From: Elusimicrobiota bacterium
Lineage (GTDB): Bacteria > Elusimicrobiota > Elusimicrobia > UBA1565
Assembly (NCBI GenBank): GCA_043827405.1
Contig: JBDRPD010000087.1
Location: 1-64,000, forward strand
DNA: 64,000 nt
Reading direction: 5' to 3'
A program made the position numbers and the translations under genes. This document shows positions 1 through 11,030 of this stretch, one piece after another. Below the pieces are notes generated by a model. The model saw only the letters and a list, made by a program, of their open reading frames with translations, did no database searches and was not told the origin of the DNA. How positions within the stretch are numbered: position 1 is the first letter of the stretch; every line of letters begins with the position of its first letter.

Positions 1-204
1 ACCCGATCTGGGCTATCATGTACTCACCTCGCGGGTGAAAAGTTTCCTGACTTCTCACCGAAATCTCGTCAGCACGGGACGCGAGGTCTTTTTATTGCTT
101 TCGGGTCTATTTGTCCAGGGCTTACTGGAGGATCAAGGAAAACGGCACACCTTGCATGGACGCGTAAGAAGTCCTAATATCTCATATTCAGGAAGGATTT
201 TTTT

Positions 205-1518
205 ATGAAATCGCATAATATATGTGTCGTCGGCACCGGCTATGTGGGACTCGTCACGGGGACCTGCCTGGCGGAGATAGGGCACCACGTCATCTGCGTG
301 GATTCGGACAAGTCCAAGATCAAGGCCCTGAAGTCCGGGAAATGCCCGATCTACGAGCCCGGACTGCTCCCCCTGCTCAAGAAGAATATCAAAGCGAAAA
401 GGATTTCCTTTACCGACTCGATTCGCGCCGGCATGAGCTCGCGCGGACGGCGCGCCCAGGTCGTCTTCATTGCGGTCGGCACGCCGCCCCGGGCGGACGG
501 CTCGGCCGACCTGTCGGCCGTGGAAGCCGTGGCGGCGGAAGCCGCCCGCGCCATGAAGGACTACACGATCCTGGTCGACAAATCGACCGTCCCGGTCGAA
601 ACGGGGGCGTGGGTGCAAAAGACCGTCGAGCGCGTCAACAAGCGCGGCGTCCCCTACGACGTCGCCTCGAACCCGGAGTTCCTCGCTGAAGGCTCCGCCG
701 TCGATGATTTCATGAAGCCCGACCGCGTCGTCCTCGGCGTGTCCTCCCCGCGGGCGGAGAAGGTCCTGCGCGAGGTCTACGCCCCGCTCAACAGCGCGGT
801 GCTCGTCACCGACGTCAAGAGCGCCGAGCTGATCAAGCACGCCTCCAACTCCTTTCTCGCCACCAAGATATCCTTCATCAACGCCGTCAGCCGCCTGTGC
901 GAGACCGTCGGCGCCGACATCTCCGCCGTCGCCAAGGGCATGGGCCTCGACAAGCGGATCGGGCCGAGCTTTCTGCGCCCCGGCATCGGCTTCGGCGGGT
1001 TCTGCTTTCCCAAGGACCTTGAAGCCTTCCAGTGGATATGCCGGAAGAAGGGGTATGACTTCACCCTCCTTGAGGAAGTGCAGAAGATCAACCGGGAGCA
1101 GAAGCTCTGGGTGCAGCGGCACGTGGAAGAGCTGCTGTGGAACTTCGAAGGCAAGCGCGTGGCGCTGTGGGGCTTGGCGTTCAAGCCCAACACCGACGAC
1201 ATGCGCTTCGCTCCGAGCATCGATATCGTCGCCGGGCTCAAGACCCACGGCGTGAAGATCGCGGCCTATGATCCGGTCGCCATGCCCAATGCGCGCAAGG
1301 TGCTCAAGGGCGTCCAGTTCACCAAGGACCCCTATGCGGCCGCCAAAGGCGCCGACTGCCTGGTCCTCGCCACGGAATGGCCGGAGTTTAAGAATATCGA
1401 CTTCAAGCGGATTCTAAAATTAATGAAGAACCCTATCCTGCTCGACGGCCGCAACCTCTACGATCCCGCGAAGATGCGCCGCCTCGGCTTCCAATACCGC
1501 TCCGTGGGCCGGCCGTGA
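205..1518 (+). CDS. ugd: UDP-glucose/GDP-mannose dehydrogenase family protein (UDP-glucose 6-dehydrogenase)
   Basis: GTGYVG Rossmann motif, [21 protein letters not shown] catalytic Cys motif, [10 protein letters not shown]. Confidence 0.93.
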   Translation: MKSHNICVVGTGYVGLVTGTCLAEIGHHVICVDSDKSKIKALKSGKCPIYEPGLLPLLKKNIKAKRISFTDSIRAGMSSRGRRAQVVFIAVGTPPRADGSADLSAVEAVAAEAARAMKDYTILVDKSTVPVETGAWVQKTVERVNKRGVPYDVASNPEFLAEGSAVDDFMKPDRVVLGVSSPRAEKVLREVYAPLNSAVLVTDVKSAELIKHASNSFLATKISFINAVSRLCETVGADISAVAKGMGLDKRIGPSFLRPGIGFGGFCFPKDLEAFQWICRKKGYDFTLLEEVQKINREQKLWVQRHVEELLWNFEGKRVALWGLAFKPNTDDMRFAPSIDIVAGLKTHGVKIAAYDPVAMPNARKVLKGVQFTKDPYAAAKGADCLVLATEWPEFKNIDFKRILKLMKNPILLDGRNLYDPAKMRRLGFQYRSVGRP

Positions 1519-2462
1519 AAAAGACGCGCGCCAAACCCCAGCGCATACTGATCACGGGGGCGGCGGGATTTCTCGGCAGCCACCTCGCCGAGCGCTTCCT
1601 CGCCGAGGGCCACCAGGTCATCGGCATCGACAACTTCATCACCGGCCGCGTCGAGAACATCGACCGCCTCTTCCAGAACCCGCGCTTCTCCTTTATCCAG
1701 CACGATGTAACCAGCTTCATCCACGTGCCGGGCAAGCTCGACGCCGTCCTGCACTTCGCCAGCCCCGCCAGCCCCATCGACTACGCCCACTATCCGATCC
1801 CGACGCTCAAAGTCGGAGCCCTCGGAACCCACAAGGTCCTGGGACTCGCCAAGGATAAAGGCGCCGTGTTTATGCTCGCTTCGACTTCGGAGACCTACGG
1901 CGACCCGCTGGTCAATCCCCAGCCCGAGTCCTACTGGGGCAACGTCAACCCCATCGGACCCCGCGGCGTCTATGACGAAGCCAAGCGTTTCGCCGAGGCC
2001 ATGACCATGGCCTACCACCGGTTTCACAAGATGCAGGTACGGATCGTCCGCATCTTCAACACCTACGGCCCGCGGATGCGGAAAAAAGACGGGCGGGCGG
2101 TCCCGGCGTTCATGACCCAGGCGCTCAAGAACCGGCCGCTCACGGTCTTCGGCCGGGGGCGGCAGACGCGCAGCCTCTGCTACGTCTCCGACCTCATCGA
2201 CGGCATCACGCGCCTGCTGCGGTCGCGGATCAACGCCCCGGTCAATATCGGCAATCCCAAGGAGCTCTCGATCCTCGAGCTCGCACAGACCATCAAGCGG
2301 CTCGCCGGCTCAAAGTCGAAAATCGTCTTCAAGCCGCTGCCGGTTGATGATCCGCAGGTGCGGCGGCCGGACATTACGCTCGCGAAAAAGGCGCTGCGCT
2401 GGTCGCCGAAAGTCGCGCTCGAGGACGGCCTGCGGCAGACCCTTGAGTACTTCCGCAGCTAA
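1515..2462 (+). CDS. UDP-glucuronate decarboxylase (UDP-xylose synthase)-like SDR
   Basis: [59 protein letters not shown] overlap with ugd. Confidence 0.88.
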   Translation: MKKTRAKPQRILITGAAGFLGSHLAERFLAEGHQVIGIDNFITGRVENIDRLFQNPRFSFIQHDVTSFIHVPGKLDAVLHFASPASPIDYAHYPIPTLKVGALGTHKVLGLAKDKGAVFMLASTSETYGDPLVNPQPESYWGNVNPIGPRGVYDEAKRFAEAMTMAYHRFHKMQVRIVRIFNTYGPRMRKKDGRAVPAFMTQALKNRPLTVFGRGRQTRSLCYVSDLIDGITRLLRSRINAPVNIGNPKELSILELAQTIKRLAGSKSKIVFKPLPVDDPQVRRPDITLAKKALRWSPKVALEDGLRQTLEYFRS

Positions 2463-3150
2463 GATCTCGATCCTCCTTCCCTGCTTCAACGAAGCCGCCG
2501 GCATACCGCGCCTGGAAAGCGTCCTATTTCCCGCCCTCGACCGCCTGGGGGAGCCCTATGAGGTCGTCGCCGTCGATGACGGCTCCACGGACGGGACCGG
2601 GCGGGAGCTCGGCGCGCTCGCGCAAAAGGTCCGCCGGCTGCGCGTGCTCACGCACGCCGAGAACCGCGGCCTGGGCGCGGCGCTGCGCACCGGCCTGCGG
2701 GCGGCGCGCGGCGAATGGATCGTCTTCCTGGACGCGGACCTGACCTTCCACCCGGAGCTCATCGGCGGCCTGCTGGCGGCGCAGCGCGCGAGCGGTGCCG
2801 ACTGCGTATCGGGCTCGCCGTTTCTGGACGGCATGCCGGGAGTCCCCTGGAGCCGCCGCCTGCCCAGCATGCTGCTCAACGCATTCTACCGCGGCTTCCT
2901 CAGCCGGCGCCTGACCTCGTTCACTCCGATGTTCCGGCTCTACCGGGCCGCGGACCTCCGGTCGATACGGCTCGCCTCCGACGGCTTCGAGATTTCCGCC
3001 GAAATCCTGGCGCGGCTGCTGCGCGCCGGACGCACGGTCCGGGAAATCCCGGCGCCGCTGACCGTCCGGACCGCCGGCAGCTCCAAGCTGCGGTGCTGGC
3101 GGGAATTAGCCAACCACCTGCGCCTGATCGGCCGCCTTCTCGCCCCCTGA
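2443..3150 (+). CDS. Glycosyltransferase family 2 (DPM1/ArnC-like)
   Basis: [32 protein letters not shown]; start re-assigned to in-frame TTG at 2443 (uncertain). Confidence 0.85.
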   Translation: MSTSAAKISILLPCFNEAAGIPRLESVLFPALDRLGEPYEVVAVDDGSTDGTGRELGALAQKVRRLRVLTHAENRGLGAALRTGLRAARGEWIVFLDADLTFHPELIGGLLAAQRASGADCVSGSPFLDGMPGVPWSRRLPSMLLNAFYRGFLSRRLTSFTPMFRLYRAADLRSIRLASDGFEISAEILARLLRAGRTVREIPAPLTVRTAGSSKLRCWRELANHLRLIGRLLAP

Positions 3151-3243
3151 CCGGGGCGAAATGAAAACGTAACACCCAGCGGCTAGCATCATTAAGGAAG
3201 ACGCCGAGCCGGCCGCGCGACGCGGTTCGGCTCTATATATTTC

Positions 3244-6200
3244 ATGGAAAAACAATTCTTCGATCCCGGACAGGTCAACGACGTCGAAACCGCGCGTCTC
3301 GCGCTGCGCTGGTCGCTGGAGAAGATCCACGGCCTGCAGTCCGATCTGGAGAAGACCCGGGCGACGGCCCAGGATGCCGTCGAGAAGCTGCGGCTGACAA
3401 CGGACCAGATCGCCCAGAAGGACGCCGCCATCCTGCGCTGGCAGAACACCATCAAGACCTGGGAGGCCAACTGGAAGGACCATCAGCAGATGGAGGAGGA
3501 TATCCGGGAGCGCCTCAAGAAAGAACTGGTCCGCGAGGAGAGCGCCCACGATAGCGAAGCCCGCCGCCAGCTCCAGCTGCAGATCGAGGCGCTGCACAAG
3601 GAGATCGCCGCCAAGGAATCCTCTATCGGCGAGCTGCGCCGCGAGCTGATCGACGCCGTTAAGAATACCCGCGTTGAGAGCGAAAAGGAAACCCAGGAAC
3701 TGCTGGCCCACCAGCAGCGCGCGCTCGAGGAAACCAAAGAAAGCCTCATGGAGCGGCTGCGCATCCAGCAGGAGGTCATTCACAAGAAGGAGCGCGACCT
3801 CGAGGATCAGCAGCGCCTGCTGGACGAAAAGGTGCAGGCCAAGGAAGCGGAGATTCGCCGCCGCTACGAGCGCCACGAAGACGAGCTGGGCAAGCGCAAC
3901 CGCCTGGCGCTGGAACGCGCGGAAGTCGAGCTGGGCGAACGCTTCGAGGCGAAGCTGACGCACCAAGAGACCATCCTGCGGCAAAAGGAAATGCAGCTGG
4001 AGGAGCGCCGCCAGCGGCTCGAGCAGGAACACGTCAAGCGGATGGATCAGCTGGAGGCCGCGCATCATCACAAGTACGAGAACGAGTGGGGACGGCTGCA
4101 GCAGCGGCTCGAAGCCGAGCGCAAGATTCTGGAGGAGCACTACCGCCAGAAGGAGACCGCTCTCGACGCCAATATCCTGCGCCGCAACGAGGAAGTCCAG
4201 CAGCACTACCAGAAAACCGAAGACGAGCTGATCGCCAAATATCAAGAGATCCAGAATCAGCTCGTCAAGAAAGAAAAAGAGCTGTGGGCGACGCATCAGA
4301 AGCACCTCGACGACTCGCTCGCCAAGAACCGCGAGGCGCTCAACGCCCAGCGCGAGGAACTCGAAGCGGATTTCGCGAAAAAAGAGCAGCAGCTTTTCGA
4401 TAAGCATAAAGCGCTGGAAAGCGCGTTTGAAAAAAAGGAGCAGGAGCTGTTTGAGCGCCAGCAGGCGCTGCAGGACGGCCTGCGCGGCAAAGAAGAGGAG
4501 CTCGTTGGAAAATACCACAAGCTGCAGGCGCTGGCGGCGGAGAAATCCAAGAAAGAATGGGAGGAGCGGACGGCGCAGGTCAACCGCACGCTCGAGGACT
4601 ACCGTCAGAAAATAGACGCCGAGCGCGCGCAGCTGGAGAACGAATACCGGGGGAAGGAAGAAGCCCTCTTCCAGAACCAGCAGGACCTGGAACGCGAGCG
4701 CTCCGTGCTCAAAAAGTCCTTCGACGAACGGCTGCGCGCGCAGACCAAGGAGCTGGAAGAGACCTCCCGCGCCAAAGAGGCGGAGCGGGAGGCGCACCAC
4801 AAGAGCAGCGTCGCGGCCCTGCGCGAGGCGCACGAGAAATTCGAGCTCGAGACGGAAGCCGCGCACGCCGCCGCGCTCGCCGAGGAACGCGCGCGGACGG
4901 CGGCGGAAATTGAGAAGGCCCGCGAGCAGGCCGCCGCAGAGACGGCGAAAACCCGCGACAGCGCGGCCGCCGAAGCGGAAAAGCTGCGCGTCGAAACGGC
5001 CAAAGAGATCGCGGCGGCGCGCGCCCAGACGGCGGAAGAACTGGAGGCCGAGCGCCTGAGCAGCGAGACGCACTACAAAAAGCTGCGCCAGGAGCTGTCC
5101 CAGGAATTCATCAATAAGGAAGCCGCCCTGCGGCGCGACCTGCAGAACGAGCAGACCCAGTGGCTGCGGGAGCAGGACGCATCGCTTTCCAGCCTGCGCA
5201 AAGAACTCGTCGAAAGGAGCCTTAAGGACACCTCGGAGCTCCGGCAGAAATACGAGGAGCGGATGCAGGTCGCGGAAAGCGAGCGCAACGCCAAGCTCAT
5301 CGATGAGCGCAAAATCCTCAACGCCCAGTTCCAGAAATTGGAAGCGGAGCTCAACGCCCGCTACGAAGCGCGCGTCAAGCAGCTCACCGAAGACATGCGC
5401 AAGAAGGAAGCGGAAACCCTCGCCGCCGCGCGCACGGCGCTGGAAGAAGAGCGGGCCAAGGTGGCGGAAGAGAAGGACTCCCTGCGCAGCCATTACCAAG
5501 CCCTCTCCGCCAAGCTCACGGCCGCCTTCGACGAAAAGGAGAAAAAGCTGCGCGATGAAATCTTCACCCGCGAAGCCGCGCTGAAGTCCGAAATCGCCGG
5601 GAAGGAAGAGTTTTACCGGACGACCTACGAAGAGGCGCTCGCCAAGGAGAAGCAGGAGGCCGAAACCCGCATGGAGCTCCTGGAAAAGAGGCTGCGCGGA
5701 AACCTCGCGGCCCGGGAGCGGACGGCGGAAGAGGCGCGCGCCAAGCGCGAGCAGGACTGGGTCGGCGAGCGCGAGCGGCTGCTCAACGAAGAGCGGACGC
5801 GGCTCGAGCAGGCCTTCAATCAGAAGGAAGCCGTCCTCGACAACCTGCGCCGCAGCCTGGAGGAAAAGCACGACAACAGCATCCGCGAGCTGGCGGCGGA
5901 GCACCATGCCAAACTGCAGCGCCTGGAAGAGACGCAGCAGCAGCACGACCAGGAGATCGAGTCGGCGCGCCTGAAGTTCGCGCTGGACGCCCGCAACCGC
6001 GAAAACCAGCTGCAGGAAGCCTTCCGGCTGAAAGAAGAGCAGCTCCGCCGCGCTCTCGACGAGCGCAAAGCCGAACTCGGGCGGCTCGAGTCGGAGTTCC
6101 AAGCCCGGTCGATCCAGCGCGAAGCGCAGCTGCAAGGAGAGCTGTCCGCCCGGGAGACGGCCTGGCTCAAAGCCCAGCGCGCCTCGCACGACAAGGAGCG

Positions 6201-7011
6201 CCGCGAATGGGAGAACGGACGGCAGCGCGAGTGGGACGAGCGCCGCCGGGCGCTCGAAGTCGCCTACCAGCAGAAGTTCAACAAGCTGGAGGAAACGATC
6301 CACAAGCGCCAGCAGGAGGTCGAGGCTTCGCTGACGCAAAAAGAGAAGGACCTCATCGTCGCCTACGAGAACCAGCTGTTCAGGGCGCGCGCGGACATGG
6401 AGGCGTCCTACCGCGCGCGCGAAGAAGCGCTCGAGCTAAAGTACCTCGAGAACGAGAAGCGGTCCGCCACCGAGCGCGTGGCGCGCGAGAACGCCTGGAG
6501 CATGCAGAAGCAGGAAATCGTCGACCGCGAGATCATGCAGCTGCGCAAGGAGTTCACGGAAAAGCAGGAAGAGGTGGCCGGCCTTAAGGAAGTGCAGGAG
6601 GCGAAGCACGATGAACGCCGGCAGGCCCTCGAAGCGCAGCACGACAAGCGAACCCGCGACCTGGAGAAGGCTTCAGCGGCCGAGCGCGACGCGGCGCGCA
6701 CCTTCCTCGAGCGGCGCTCGAAGGAGCTCGAGGACACCTACCGCGAGAAGTTCTCCGAACTGGAGAAGGAAAAGAGCCGGGCCGCGGCCTATCTGCAGCA
6801 GAAAGAAAGCGAACTCATCGAACAGCATCAGCATCGCGAAGGCGAGATGCGCAAGGCCTGGGAAATCAAGCAGCTCGAGTTTTCACAGCAGCATGAGGAG
6901 AAGCTGCGCAAGCTCGCCGAAGAGCGCGAGTCGCAGCAGCAGGACTACCAGCTCCGCATACGCGAACTCGAGCTCCGGCGGCAGAAGGATCGCCCCCACA
7001 CCGAAGACTAG
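3244..7011 (+). CDS. Giant coiled-coil protein of unknown function (1255 aa)
   Basis: Uninterrupted E/K/R/Q/L/A-rich ORF almost free of Pro, with few Gly, GC-rich third codon positions; no signal peptide, TM segment or Walker motif seen. Confidence 0.85.
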   Translation: MEKQFFDPGQVNDVETARLALRWSLEKIHGLQSDLEKTRATAQDAVEKLRLTTDQIAQKDAAILRWQNTIKTWEANWKDHQQMEEDIRERLKKELVREESAHDSEARRQLQLQIEALHKEIAAKESSIGELRRELIDAVKNTRVESEKETQELLAHQQRALEETKESLMERLRIQQEVIHKKERDLEDQQRLLDEKVQAKEAEIRRRYERHEDELGKRNRLALERAEVELGERFEAKLTHQETILRQKEMQLEERRQRLEQEHVKRMDQLEAAHHHKYENEWGRLQQRLEAERKILEEHYRQKETALDANILRRNEEVQQHYQKTEDELIAKYQEIQNQLVKKEKELWATHQKHLDDSLAKNREALNAQREELEADFAKKEQQLFDKHKALESAFEKKEQELFERQQALQDGLRGKEEELVGKYHKLQALAAEKSKKEWEERTAQVNRTLEDYRQKIDAERAQLENEYRGKEEALFQNQQDLERERSVLKKSFDERLRAQTKELEETSRAKEAEREAHHKSSVAALREAHEKFELETEAAHAAALAEERARTAAEIEKAREQAAAETAKTRDSAAAEAEKLRVETAKEIAAARAQTAEELEAERLSSETHYKKLRQELSQEFINKEAALRRDLQNEQTQWLREQDASLSSLRKELVERSLKDTSELRQKYEERMQVAESERNAKLIDERKILNAQFQKLEAELNARYEARVKQLTEDMRKKEAETLAAARTALEEERAKVAEEKDSLRSHYQALSAKLTAAFDEKEKKLRDEIFTREAALKSEIAGKEEFYRTTYEEALAKEKQEAETRMELLEKRLRGNLAARERTAEEARAKREQDWVGERERLLNEERTRLEQAFNQKEAVLDNLRRSLEEKHDNSIRELAAEHHAKLQRLEETQQQHDQEIESARLKFALDARNRENQLQEAFRLKEEQLRRALDERKAELGRLESEFQARSIQREAQLQGELSARETAWLKAQRASHDKERREWENGRQREWDERRRALEVAYQQKFNKLEETIHKRQQEVEASLTQKEKDLIVAYENQLFRARADMEASYRAREEALELKYLENEKRSATERVARENAWSMQKQEIVDREIMQLRKEFTEKQEEVAGLKEVQEAKHDERRQALEAQHDKRTRDLEKASAAERDAARTFLERRSKELEDTYREKFSELEKEKSRAAAYLQQKESELIEQHQHREGEMRKAWEIKQLEFSQQHEEKLRKLAEERESQQQDYQLRIRELELRRQKDRPHTED

Positions 7012-7049
7012 AACGTACAAGCTGCGTTTTACCCTGCCGCAGTTTCTGT

Positions 7050-7072
7050 GCCGGTCGATGACTTCGACCGGC
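7050..7072. terminator. Hairpin between convergent genes (possible terminator)
   Basis: GCCGGTCGA-tgact-TCGACCGGC, 9-bp perfect stem; no clear U-tract. Confidence 0.4.
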
Positions 7073-7080
7073 CTGAGCCG

Positions 7081-9489
7081 CTACTTCGAAGTCGCCGTAA
7101 AGACGCCGTCCCAATCGCCGCCGGGCGGCGACTTGCGGCAAGCGGCGATGCGCTCAAGGTAGAGATCGTAGAGCTTCTCCAGCGGGAAATCCATATAGCG
7201 CAGCGCATCCACCGCCGCTTCCGCCGCTTCCCACTGCTGCCCGCGGTAGGCCGCGATCAGCGCGGCGTGCGTTTGGGCGAACTTCTTGAACTTGTCGGTC
7301 CGCGCCAGCGCTTCGTCGCCCAGCAGCGTAAAGATGTGGACCGGGACCGTCTTGCCTTTCACCTTGATTAGGTCCAGCTCCACCGCCGCGAACTCCGGAA
7401 CGAGCCGCCGCGTATTATCGCCGATGACGATTTCCACCCCATAGGACTTGGACTGTCCCTCGAGGCGGGAGGCGAGGTTCACGTCGTCGCCCAGCACCGA
7501 GTACTCCTGCCGCAGATCCGAGCCCATATTGCCGACGCAGCATTGCCCGGAATTGAGCCCGATGCCGGCGCGAATAGGAATATACTTGCGCCCTTCTTTT
7601 TCCGCGTCCCGCGCCCACTGCTCATTGAGCTCGAGCAGCCGCTCGCGCATGGAAAGCGCCGCCCGGCAGGCGTTGGCCGCATGCTGCTCGTCGGTCAAGG
7701 GCGCGTTCCAGAACGCCATGATGCAGTCGCCCATATACTTGTCGATCGTCCCCTTGTGATCAAGGACGATATTGGTCATCGGGGTCAGATAGGCGTTGAT
7801 AAACTGCGTCAGCCCGTGCGCGTCGAACTGCTCCGAGATCGTGGTGAAGCCGCGGATATCGGAGAACATGAGCGTCATCTCCCGCGTCTCGCCGCCCAGC
7901 TCCAGCTTCGAGGAATCCCGCGCCAGCTGCTCGACGAGCGCCGGCGACATGTAGCGTCCGAAGGCCAGCTGGATATGCTTTCTTTCCGCTTCCGTGCGCA
8001 GGTAGTTGATGAGAGACGACGAGATATAGACCGCGAATACGACGATCGACGGGAAAACCGGGTCGAGCAGCAGGCTCTTTTCCGTAAACGCGTACCAGGA
8101 AGCGCCGCCCGCCGCCGCGATTCCGGCGCCGGCGATGACGGCGCTCATGGCGGCGCCGAGCCGCGAGGTAATCGCGATCAGGACGATGCCCAACAGCAGC
8201 AGCGTGTAAAATTCGATAAGGTTGGCCCATACGGGCCGCCGGAGAAACTGCTGCAGAAACACCTGCTCGACGATCTGCGCATGCACCTCGACTCCCGGAG
8301 CCGTCTGGTTCAGCGGCGTCGCACGCTGATCCTTCAGCCCCGCGGCGCTGGTGCCGAGGAATACGATCCGCCCCGCGAGCAGGCTCTCCTTGTCGAGATC
8401 CTTCCAGGCGCGGTCATCCAAAACTTTCCATGCCGGCACGAAGCGCTGCGGCTTATGGCCGCTGTCATAGAGCAGGATTTTTCCCTCGGCGTCGGTCGGC
8501 GCCGTCAGACCGACGGCCTCGCCCTCTGCGACGGGGACCTGCCCGAACTCGATGGTGATAATGCCGTTGCCCGCGCCGTAGTCCCACTCGCCATGCCCCC
8601 CCCCGGCCCGAACCTTGTAGCCGCGGCTGCCGAGAGCCGCCCGGATCGCCTCCGCCGACAGCGAGGGGTAGACGACGCCGTCCAGCTTAAACATCATCGG
8701 GACGCGCCGGATCACGCCGTCCCGGTCCGGCGTATTGCTGAAGTTGCCGTTTCCCGCGGCGCGCTGCTCCAGCAGCGGCAGGGCCACAACGGCGCCGCCG
8801 TAATCTTCCGGAATATAGTCCTCGGGCTGTTTTATATCCAGCTCGATATTCCGGTCCTCCCGCTCCCTCCCCGACAGCTCTTCGGCCGTGATAACCGGTC
8901 CGCCATCCCGGACCTTCGAGGCGAACAAATATCCCGCCTTAACCTGCGGCCGCGCCGCATTGGTCTGCGGCACCAGCGAATACCCGGTTACCACCGTCCC
9001 CTCCGCTATGGCTTGGGCGAAAATCTTATCGTGGTCCGGAAGATCCTTCAGCCGGTCGCGGAAAAAGCGGAACTCATCCGTCTGCGGCAGCTCGCTGGCG
9101 ATCAAAGCCGGCGAGGTGCGGTCCGGCTCGGCGAAAACGACATCGAAGACCACAACGCCGGCGCCCCCTTCACCGAGGCGACGTATGAGTTTTGCCAGTT
9201 TCGTCCGCGGCCACGGCCACTGGCCGACGCGCTCAAGGCTCGCGTCATCGATATCAATGATGCGGACCGGGGCGTCGGCGCGGTAGGGGCGCGGACGCAG
9301 CCGCTGATAGGAATCGAATACTCGCGAACGCAGGTCCCGCAAGACGGGCGGATTTATCCACCAAAGACCGACGGAGCAGGCCAGCAGCAGCGTAGGGACG
9401 ACGCCGTAGGCGTAGAGCCACAGCCGGTCCGGAGTCAGATGGAGCGCATCGGCCAGCCGCCGCATCCAGCGCGAGATACTCGCGAGCAT
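7081..9489 (-). CDS. CHASE2-domain class III adenylate cyclase
   Basis: IIDIDDASL..GQWPWPR, FDVVFAEPDR, PGVEVHA (CHASE2), 3 TM, FSDIRGFT, DKYMGDCIMAFWNAP, GDDVNLASRLEG; start chosen at ATG 9489 behind AAGGAG. Confidence 0.92.
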   Translation of the reverse strand: MLASISRWMRRLADALHLTPDRLWLYAYGVVPTLLLACSVGLWWINPPVLRDLRSRVFDSYQRLRPRPYRADAPVRIIDIDDASLERVGQWPWPRTKLAKLIRRLGEGGAGVVVFDVVFAEPDRTSPALIASELPQTDEFRFFRDRLKDLPDHDKIFAQAIAEGTVVTGYSLVPQTNAARPQVKAGYLFASKVRDGGPVITAEELSGREREDRNIELDIKQPEDYIPEDYGGAVVALPLLEQRAAGNGNFSNTPDRDGVIRRVPMMFKLDGVVYPSLSAEAIRAALGSRGYKVRAGGGHGEWDYGAGNGIITIEFGQVPVAEGEAVGLTAPTDAEGKILLYDSGHKPQRFVPAWKVLDDRAWKDLDKESLLAGRIVFLGTSAAGLKDQRATPLNQTAPGVEVHAQIVEQVFLQQFLRRPVWANLIEFYTLLLLGIVLIAITSRLGAAMSAVIAGAGIAAAGGASWYAFTEKSLLLDPVFPSIVVFAVYISSSLINYLRTEAERKHIQLAFGRYMSPALVEQLARDSSKLELGGETREMTLMFSDIRGFTTISEQFDAHGLTQFINAYLTPMTNIVLDHKGTIDKYMGDCIMAFWNAPLTDEQHAANACRAALSMRERLLELNEQWARDAEKEGRKYIPIRAGIGLNSGQCCVGNMGSDLRQEYSVLGDDVNLASRLEGQSKSYGVEIVIGDNTRRLVPEFAAVELDLIKVKGKTVPVHIFTLLGDEALARTDKFKKFAQTHAALIAAYRGQQWEAAEAAVDALRYMDFPLEKLYDLYLERIAACRKSPPGGDWDGVFTATSK

Positions 9490-9602
9490 GCGCTCATTCT
9501 CCTTTAAATGCCACATAAACTTCAAGCCGCCGGAGTTGACCTCATGCCGGGAAATTAGGACAATTCTGTACTTATCATGCTGCCGTGCGCATCGAGGTCA
9601 TA

Positions 9603-11012
9603 ATGAACTTACTCCACAAATTTTCCTTCCGTGCCGCGCTGTGTCTGAGCGCAATCCTGCTGGCCGGCGCACCGCTGCAGGCCCAAGACTACGATGATGA
9701 GATGGACCGCCCCGAGACCGCGACCGCGGCTCAGGACCAGGCGGTCAGCGCCGCCGAAACGGCGGACGAACACCGCGTCGCAGAAGGCGCCGGCGGCATC
9801 ACCTACGACGAGGTCCTGGCCGATCCCGACAATATCGAGCTCAACTACAAATACGCCAAAGGCCTGATAGCAAGCGGCAACCTCCGCACGGCGGCCGCGA
9901 CCCTGGAGCGCATTCTTATGGTCGATCCCGCCCTGCCGAAAGTGCGGCTGACCTACGCCGTCGTCCTCTACCGGCTCGACAACCTGCCGGAGGCGCGCCG
10001 GGAGCTCAATACGCTCAAGGACCTCCCCATGCCGGCCAGCCTGCAGCAGGAAATCCAGGAGTATCTCAAGCGCATCCAGCGGCGCCAGCGGCACACCAAT
10101 GTCAGCGGCCGCCTCGGTCTCGGCTACCAGTACGACTCCAACCGCAACGCCGCGCCCAAGTCCGGCCAGCGCCTGTTCGGCGGCACCCCCATCAACCTGA
10201 CCACCGGCCACAAGGAGCAGGACACGAGCGTTATTGTCCTGGCGCAGGCCGGCCTGACGCATGACCTGGGCCTGCAGGGCGGGCATACTTTGCTCGCCAA
10301 CTTCAGCCACTACCGCGCCGAGCAGACCCAGGTGGATACGCTCGATTTCCAGGCTTTTAACTGGGACTTCGGCGGCACGATTAAATCCGCCCGGTACGGG
10401 AACCTCACTCCGCGCGCGGTATTCGGCTATATCAGCCTGCATGAGAACACCTATTTGCGGTCCCGCGGCATGGACTTCGCCTATGAGCGGCCCATCAATG
10501 ACCGCTGGACGGCATTTTCCAACCTCGGCCTCCAGTTCCAGGAGTTCATTAACGGGCCGGACGTCCCGCAGGCCGTCGATCGCACCGGCCCGCAAACGGA
10601 TTTCAGCCTGGGCAGCAATATCCTCCTAAACCCGCGCATGCGGCTGACTTTGCGCTACCAGTATTTAATAAAGGACGCGCGCCGGAACTGGAACGCTTAT
10701 CACCGCCATGCGCTGCATGCCTCGCATGCCTGGGTCCTGGGCAAGGGGATGTTCCTCCTGACATATCTCACCCTCAGCAAGGACGTCTACAACGAGCCTG
10801 ACCGCGCCGTTTATCCCGACCGCCTGCGCAAGGACAACTCCACCCGCAACGGCTTCACCTTCGGCGTGCCGCTGGGGATGCTCGGCCGGCCCTTCAAGGA
10901 TCTGCTCTGGACTTTGAACTGGGAGTTCTACCAGTCCGACTCGAACCTCATCAGCTACACCTACAAGAACCACAAAGTCAACACCATGTTCACCTACCGG
11001 TTCGACTACTAA
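9603..11012 (+). CDS. Exported TPR + C-terminal beta-barrel outer-membrane protein (Slam/DUF560-like)
   Basis: Signal peptide ending LQA-Q, TPR-like helices, GLGYQYDSNRN barrel start, alternating aromatic strands, terminal FTYRFDY; SD GAGGT before ATG 9603. Confidence 0.7.
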   Translation: MNLLHKFSFRAALCLSAILLAGAPLQAQDYDDEMDRPETATAAQDQAVSAAETADEHRVAEGAGGITYDEVLADPDNIELNYKYAKGLIASGNLRTAAATLERILMVDPALPKVRLTYAVVLYRLDNLPEARRELNTLKDLPMPASLQQEIQEYLKRIQRRQRHTNVSGRLGLGYQYDSNRNAAPKSGQRLFGGTPINLTTGHKEQDTSVIVLAQAGLTHDLGLQGGHTLLANFSHYRAEQTQVDTLDFQAFNWDFGGTIKSARYGNLTPRAVFGYISLHENTYLRSRGMDFAYERPINDRWTAFSNLGLQFQEFINGPDVPQAVDRTGPQTDFSLGSNILLNPRMRLTLRYQYLIKDARRNWNAYHRHALHASHAWVLGKGMFLLTYLTLSKDVYNEPDRAVYPDRLRKDNSTRNGFTFGVPLGMLGRPFKDLLWTLNWEFYQSDSNLISYTYKNHKVNTMFTYRFDY

Positions 11013-11030
11013 AGGCAGACGGAGACCACT

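Noticed and set aside
42..72. Hammerhead ribozyme (minus strand CTGACGAG...GAAAC)
   Set aside because: Two extra nucleotides separate stem II from GAAA, and stems I/III are not evident
3106..6339. 1077-aa antisense ORF opposite the coiled-coil gene
   Set aside because: Shadow frame: Leu/Phe-rich mirror of GAG/AAG/CAG codons in GC-rich DNA, with no motifs
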